A stretch of 60,823 nucleotides of DNA, counting the filler. It is 4 parts of 4 records of this genome, joined end to end, with 100 filler letters (N's around TTAATTAATTAA, not from the genome) between each part and the next. Parts side by side here need not be neighbours in the genome. Positions count along the whole stretch, not along the records: positions 50,171 to 60,823 come from DRR723986_12562; 3 more parts are not named here. One strand, 5' to 3'. Positions within the stretch are counted from its first letter, which is position 1, and the number at the start of each line of letters is the position of its first letter. The translations under genes were made by a program, and so were the position numbers. Shown here piece by piece: positions 57,434 through 60,823 of the stretch. The notes below the pieces were generated by a model. The model made no database searches, was not told the origin of the DNA, and worked only from the letters and a program-made list of their open reading frames with translations.

Positions 57434-58051
57434 ATGCACAAGTCAACCAATCTCAATACAGGCACAGACTTAAGTACAAGATCCAAAACCGCCAGTTCTT
57501 CAACGCGGCAGCAGACTGAAAAACAGGAGCCTGAACAGGAATCGCGGCGCAGTTTTTTGCGCACTTCCGGCGCGGCTTTGAGCGCGGGCATCTGCGGCCT
57601 GAGTCTTGGCGCTCTGCTGCAGAGCTGCGCAGATGAGCAGGATGGCGACTCAGGCATCACGGAGCCAGATCCCGACCCAGATTCCGACCCAGATTCCGAC
57701 CCTGGCCAGACAGCGGGCCTCAAGATAGATGTGCGTGCCGAGGCGGCCCTGCAAGCGCCGGGCGGTTTTATCCAGCGCCGTTTTGCCGACTTCAACGACG
57801 GACATCCACTGATTGTGATTCGCGCTGAAGCGGACACTTTTCTGGTTTGTAGCGCGCTGTGCACCCATGAGCGCTGCATTGTGGAACCGCCACGCCCCAG
57901 CGACGGAAAAATCGTGTGCCCCTGCCACGACTCCGAGTTTAGTTCGCTGGACGGCTCCTGGATCGCAGGTCCGGCGCAACGTGGCTTGTGGACCTTTAAC
58001 TCGCGTTATGATGCTGTGAGCGGTGAGTTGAGCGTCGGCAGACGCAGCTGA
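57434..58051 (+). CDS. Rieske [2Fe-2S] protein with Tat/lipoprotein signal (paralog 1)
   Basis: SRRSFL, LLQSC, CTHERC and CPCHDSEF motifs; start uncertain (57356/57383/57434). Confidence 0.9.
   Translation: MHKSTNLNTGTDLSTRSKTASSSTRQQTEKQEPEQESRRSFLRTSGAALSAGICGLSLGALLQSCADEQDGDSGITEPDPDPDSDPDSDPGQTAGLKIDVRAEAALQAPGGFIQRRFADFNDGHPLIVIRAEADTFLVCSALCTHERCIVEPPRPSDGKIVCPCHDSEFSSLDGSWIAGPAQRGLWTFNSRYDAVSGELSVGRRS
57665..57700 (+). repeat. 12-bp coding tandem repeat x3 (PDPD/PDSD linker)
   Basis: CCAGATCCCGAC CCAGATTCCGAC CCAGATTCCGAC. Confidence 0.85.
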
Positions 58052-58134
58052 AGCGCGCCGGACTGCCCGCAATCAACAGCTTAATCACGGCCAGGTTCAG
58101 GCAGCCGCCAGACAGGTTTTTACGCTATATCCCC

Positions 58135-58160
58135 AAAAAAAACGGCCCGACTGCGGGCCG
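58135..58160 (-). terminator. Intrinsic terminator on the minus strand
   Basis: Minus strand reads CGGCCCG-CAGT-CGGGCCG-TTTTTTTT; no T-tract in the plus orientation. Confidence 0.78.
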
Positions 58161-58183
58161 ACCACACATGCCCACAATCACGC
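58135..58183 (-). ncRNA. Candidate ECF-dependent small RNA (~45-50 nt)
   Basis: Lies between promoter copy 4 and a same-strand intrinsic terminator; no credible ORF; 5' end inferred. Confidence 0.5.
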
Positions 58184-58187
58184 ATGC

Positions 58188-58215
58188 GAATGCAGTTTTG
58201 TGCGCATTGTTACAG
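58188..58215 (-). promoter_or_regulatory. Putative ECF promoter, copy 4 (towards candidate sRNA)
   Basis: Minus strand reads CTGTAACA-ATGCGCACAAAA-CTGCATTC. Confidence 0.7.
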
Positions 58216-58238
58216 TGCGTTTGGTCTCAGTTTTTGGC

Positions 58239-58265
58239 CGTAACAAAGTCTCCAAATCTGCATTC
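58239..58265 (+). promoter_or_regulatory. Putative ECF promoter, copy 5 (towards Rieske paralog 2)
   Basis: CGTAACA-AAGTCTCCAAAT-CTGCATTC. Confidence 0.7.
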
Positions 58266-58330
58266 CGGCATTGAGACAACAAGCAGCGCCTGCGGCGGTG
58301 TGTTTAATGCAGAATTTGGGGGATAACACC

Positions 58331-58849
58331 ATGTCAGTACAGAAAAAACAAAAAACAGACAAGCAGGAACAAGCCTCACGCCGCGACTTTCTGCGTAGGT
58401 CCGGCACACTTATTGGCGTCGGCTTGTGCAGTGGTACACTTGCAGCAATTATACAGAGTTGTGACGATGAGGCCGGTCCGGCCTATCCGGCGCCGGGCAC
58501 AATTTCGGGCAACTTTGTGCTTGATGTTAATAACGAGCCGGACCTGCAAACACCCGGCGGAAATATTCGCCGACGCTTTGGCAGTTTTTATGATGGACAG
58601 CCCGTCATAATCGTGCGGCGCGATGCCACAAGTTTTTTGGCACTCAGCGCTATCTGTACTCACGAGGTTTGTGTGGTGGATCCGCCACGCCCCGGCGATG
58701 GGATTATCGTATGTCCCTGCCACGAAGCCGAGTTCAGCTCAGCCGATGGTTCGGTCCTGCGCGGCCCGGCCAAACAGGGACTCTACATTTTTGATACGAA
58801 TTTTGACGCCGAGAGCGGCATGCTGACCGTCGGCCGTGTTGAGGGATAG
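58331..58849 (+). CDS. Rieske [2Fe-2S] protein with Tat/lipoprotein signal (paralog 2)
   Basis: SRRDFL, IIQSC, CTHEVC and CPCHEAEF motifs; ATG 58331 with GGGGGA upstream. Confidence 0.9.
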   Translation: MSVQKKQKTDKQEQASRRDFLRRSGTLIGVGLCSGTLAAIIQSCDDEAGPAYPAPGTISGNFVLDVNNEPDLQTPGGNIRRRFGSFYDGQPVIIVRRDATSFLALSAICTHEVCVVDPPRPGDGIIVCPCHEAEFSSADGSVLRGPAKQGLYIFDTNFDAESGMLTVGRVEG

Positions 58850-59082
58850 AGATCAAAACTCAAAACGATTAGACAAAACCAGTACGTGTGTCAAGGCCTT
58901 TGCGGCATTGAAGAGTCAGGCCGAACGCGGGGATGCCGCGCGAGTTTGGCTCCGCGGCAGCGAACTGAAAGTTGCCATGTTTACCTAAGCAAAGCGCTGG
59001 CATATCCTGGTGGTTTCTGGCATGCTGTTGACCCATTTTTTGGGCCAATTAATGATTTGACAGCCGAACACCGCCGTCAGAC

Positions 59083-60477
59083 TCAGGCGGCGGCTGAGAG
59101 CGGGAAGGCCAGGCGGAACATGGTGCGGCCCGGTTCAGAACGCACGGCGATATCGGCTTTGTGGTTGCGAACGATGCGCTGCACAATATCCAGCCCCAGG
59201 CCGGTGCCTTCGCCAACGCCCTTGGTCGTATAAAAAGGCTCAAAAATTTTGGAGATGTCCGCCTCGGCGATACCCTTGCCGTTGTCGATCACACAGATCA
59301 CAACATGTTCAGCTTCCTTGCGCCCCTGAATTTCGAGTACACCCGCCGTGTCCATCGCGTCGATAGCATTGTCAATCAGATTTGTCCAGACCTGGTTTAG
59401 TTCGCCGGGCATAGCCAGAATGGTTGGTAAATCTTCCGGCAAATCGAGATTTGTGGAGATATTTTTGGCGCGCAGTTTATGCCCCAGCATCGTCAGCGTG
59501 TTCTGAATGCCATCCTGAATCTTCGTGACACTTTTGTCTGCCGCCTGATCCATGTGTGTATAGGACTTAACCGATTTGACCAGCGTAGCGATTCGTTCGG
59601 AGGCGTCCTGGATCTCAACCACCAGTTTTTCGGAGGTCTGGACATCTTCCAGCCAGGCGATGACGGGCCCCAGGTATTGGGGACTAACCTGCTCCAGGAC
59701 TTCTTCCAGCTCAGCAACTGTCCAATCAAACTCTGTGAGCGTTTCGGCGATCTGGTCCGCATTGTCCACGTCGTGATCTTCAAGCCAGTCGAGCAACTCA
59801 TCTTCGCGTTCGCTGCGTTGCATCATCGTCATGTCGTTGTTTACGCCGCTGTCGATTTTGCGGAACATGATGTTGTTAACGTGATCTACCTGCTCATCTG
59901 TCAGGCGGATGGCAATCACGGCTTTAAACTTATCGGGAATTGCGCGCCAGTGTTCACGCAGGCTGTGTGCAGCACGCACAACGGCTGAAGCCGGATTGTT
60001 AATTTCATGTGCCAGCCCGGCGGAAAGTTTTCCAAGGGCCATCAGCTTTTCATTGAGCAATTCTGTTTTGGTGACGTCACGTACGCGCGTCAGCATGCGG
60101 TGCACCAGACATTCTACCAGCTCGTGCTGCGAGCGAATCATTTCCGGAAAATGCTCTATATTCAGTCGTAGAATCCGCGTGGGCTCCAGGACTATTCCGC
60201 GTCCGATAGATTCCTGCATGCGTGAGTATGGCAGTTTACCGCCAACACCTTTCTCAATTGTCCCGGCCGATTTAAGTTGTCCGCCATAGCGCAGCGAAAA
60301 CGAAATTTGCCCTTCAAGAACCACCCACATGTCGTCGGCCTCATCACCAACGTCAAACGCTACCGTACCCACTTCCAGCTCCTGGACTTCTGACTTTTCG
60401 ACCAGCCAGCGCAGCTGTTCTTCGGGCACTTCGGTAAAGGGTTCGATTGTACGTAGTTCATCAACGATCGATTGCAT
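59083..60477 (-). CDS. Cytoplasmic sensor histidine kinase with N-terminal cNMP-binding-like domain
   Basis: cNMP-like N-terminus; AHEINNP, NLIDNA, DNGKG, FEPFYTTK and GTGLGL motifs. Confidence 0.92.
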   Translation of the reverse strand: MQSIVDELRTIEPFTEVPEEQLRWLVEKSEVQELEVGTVAFDVGDEADDMWVVLEGQISFSLRYGGQLKSAGTIEKGVGGKLPYSRMQESIGRGIVLEPTRILRLNIEHFPEMIRSQHELVECLVHRMLTRVRDVTKTELLNEKLMALGKLSAGLAHEINNPASAVVRAAHSLREHWRAIPDKFKAVIAIRLTDEQVDHVNNIMFRKIDSGVNNDMTMMQRSEREDELLDWLEDHDVDNADQIAETLTEFDWTVAELEEVLEQVSPQYLGPVIAWLEDVQTSEKLVVEIQDASERIATLVKSVKSYTHMDQAADKSVTKIQDGIQNTLTMLGHKLRAKNISTNLDLPEDLPTILAMPGELNQVWTNLIDNAIDAMDTAGVLEIQGRKEAEHVVICVIDNGKGIAEADISKIFEPFYTTKGVGEGTGLGLDIVQRIVRNHKADIAVRSEPGRTMFRLAFPLSAAA

Positions 60478-60823
60478 AGTGTCCTTTTCCTGTTTCTGAT
60501 GGCTGGTTTGGGGCTGCTGGATGATTTTCTTGTTTGGCGCTGCACCGGAATTGCGCCGTCTGTCAACTAGCTCGTAAACGCTGATTTATCGCGTGCATTG
60601 TTTGGGCTTGCCCATCTTGAGAGTTCTGCGGGCTAGTGTTTGGGCTAGCCGGCTGCGGCAGTTTGGTTCAGAGCGCCGTTCTGGGTGGATGGTGGATCTG
60701 GCCACTTATATTTTTGGTTTTTTACGCGCGGGATGTGGTCAAAAGGATTGGGGTTTGGGGTTCAGCGCGCGCAGCGCGGGTCTTTATTCGATTTTGGGCG
60801 GATTTTTGCGTGATCAAGGGGTC

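Noticed and set aside
58125-58169. 14-codon minus-strand ORF MCGRPAVGPFFLGI inside the candidate sRNA
   Set aside because: It runs through the terminator stem and T-tract and has no RBS, so its stop would not be transcribed.

Overview
The window is not one locus. It joins four unrelated contig fragments with 100-bp artificial linkers (44 N + TTAATTAATTAA + 44 N at 25154-25253, 35753-35852, 50071-50170). Taxonomic assignments below are inferred from gene content only. Segment A (1-25153) looks like a marine alphaproteobacterium. It holds amidohydrolases, PhoD, a TetR/GST/esterase/SDR/ALDH cluster and a nucleoside salvage block (tdk divergent from an exported adenosine deaminase, permease, deoC and ALDH16). 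Segment B (25254-35752) looks gammaproteobacterial: a TpsB-family transporter with an atypical Pro/Gln-rich partner, a sterol-desaturase-like gene, a DUF885 lipoprotein, a sensor kinase, and small genes delimited by a GGGGTCAGAG palindromic repeat. Segment C (35853-50070) is Bacteroidota-like housekeeping DNA (acpP, pyk, NFACT/RqcH-like, miaA, pfkA, acylase, M1 peptidase) with several REP-like repeats. Segment D (50171-60823) is an FCB-group organism with a T9SS cargo protein and contains the most interesting signal. A bipartite motif YGTAACA-N12-STGYATTC occurs five times with invariant spacing, always intergenic and twice as back-to-back pairs. Four copies point at an ECF sigma/anti-sigma operon, an acidic lipoprotein, a T9SS beta-propeller protein and a Tat-lipoprotein Rieske protein. 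The fifth points at a ~45-50 nt unit with no credible ORF that ends in an intrinsic terminator. I interpret this as a locally clustered ECF regulon that includes a candidate ECF-dependent small RNA.
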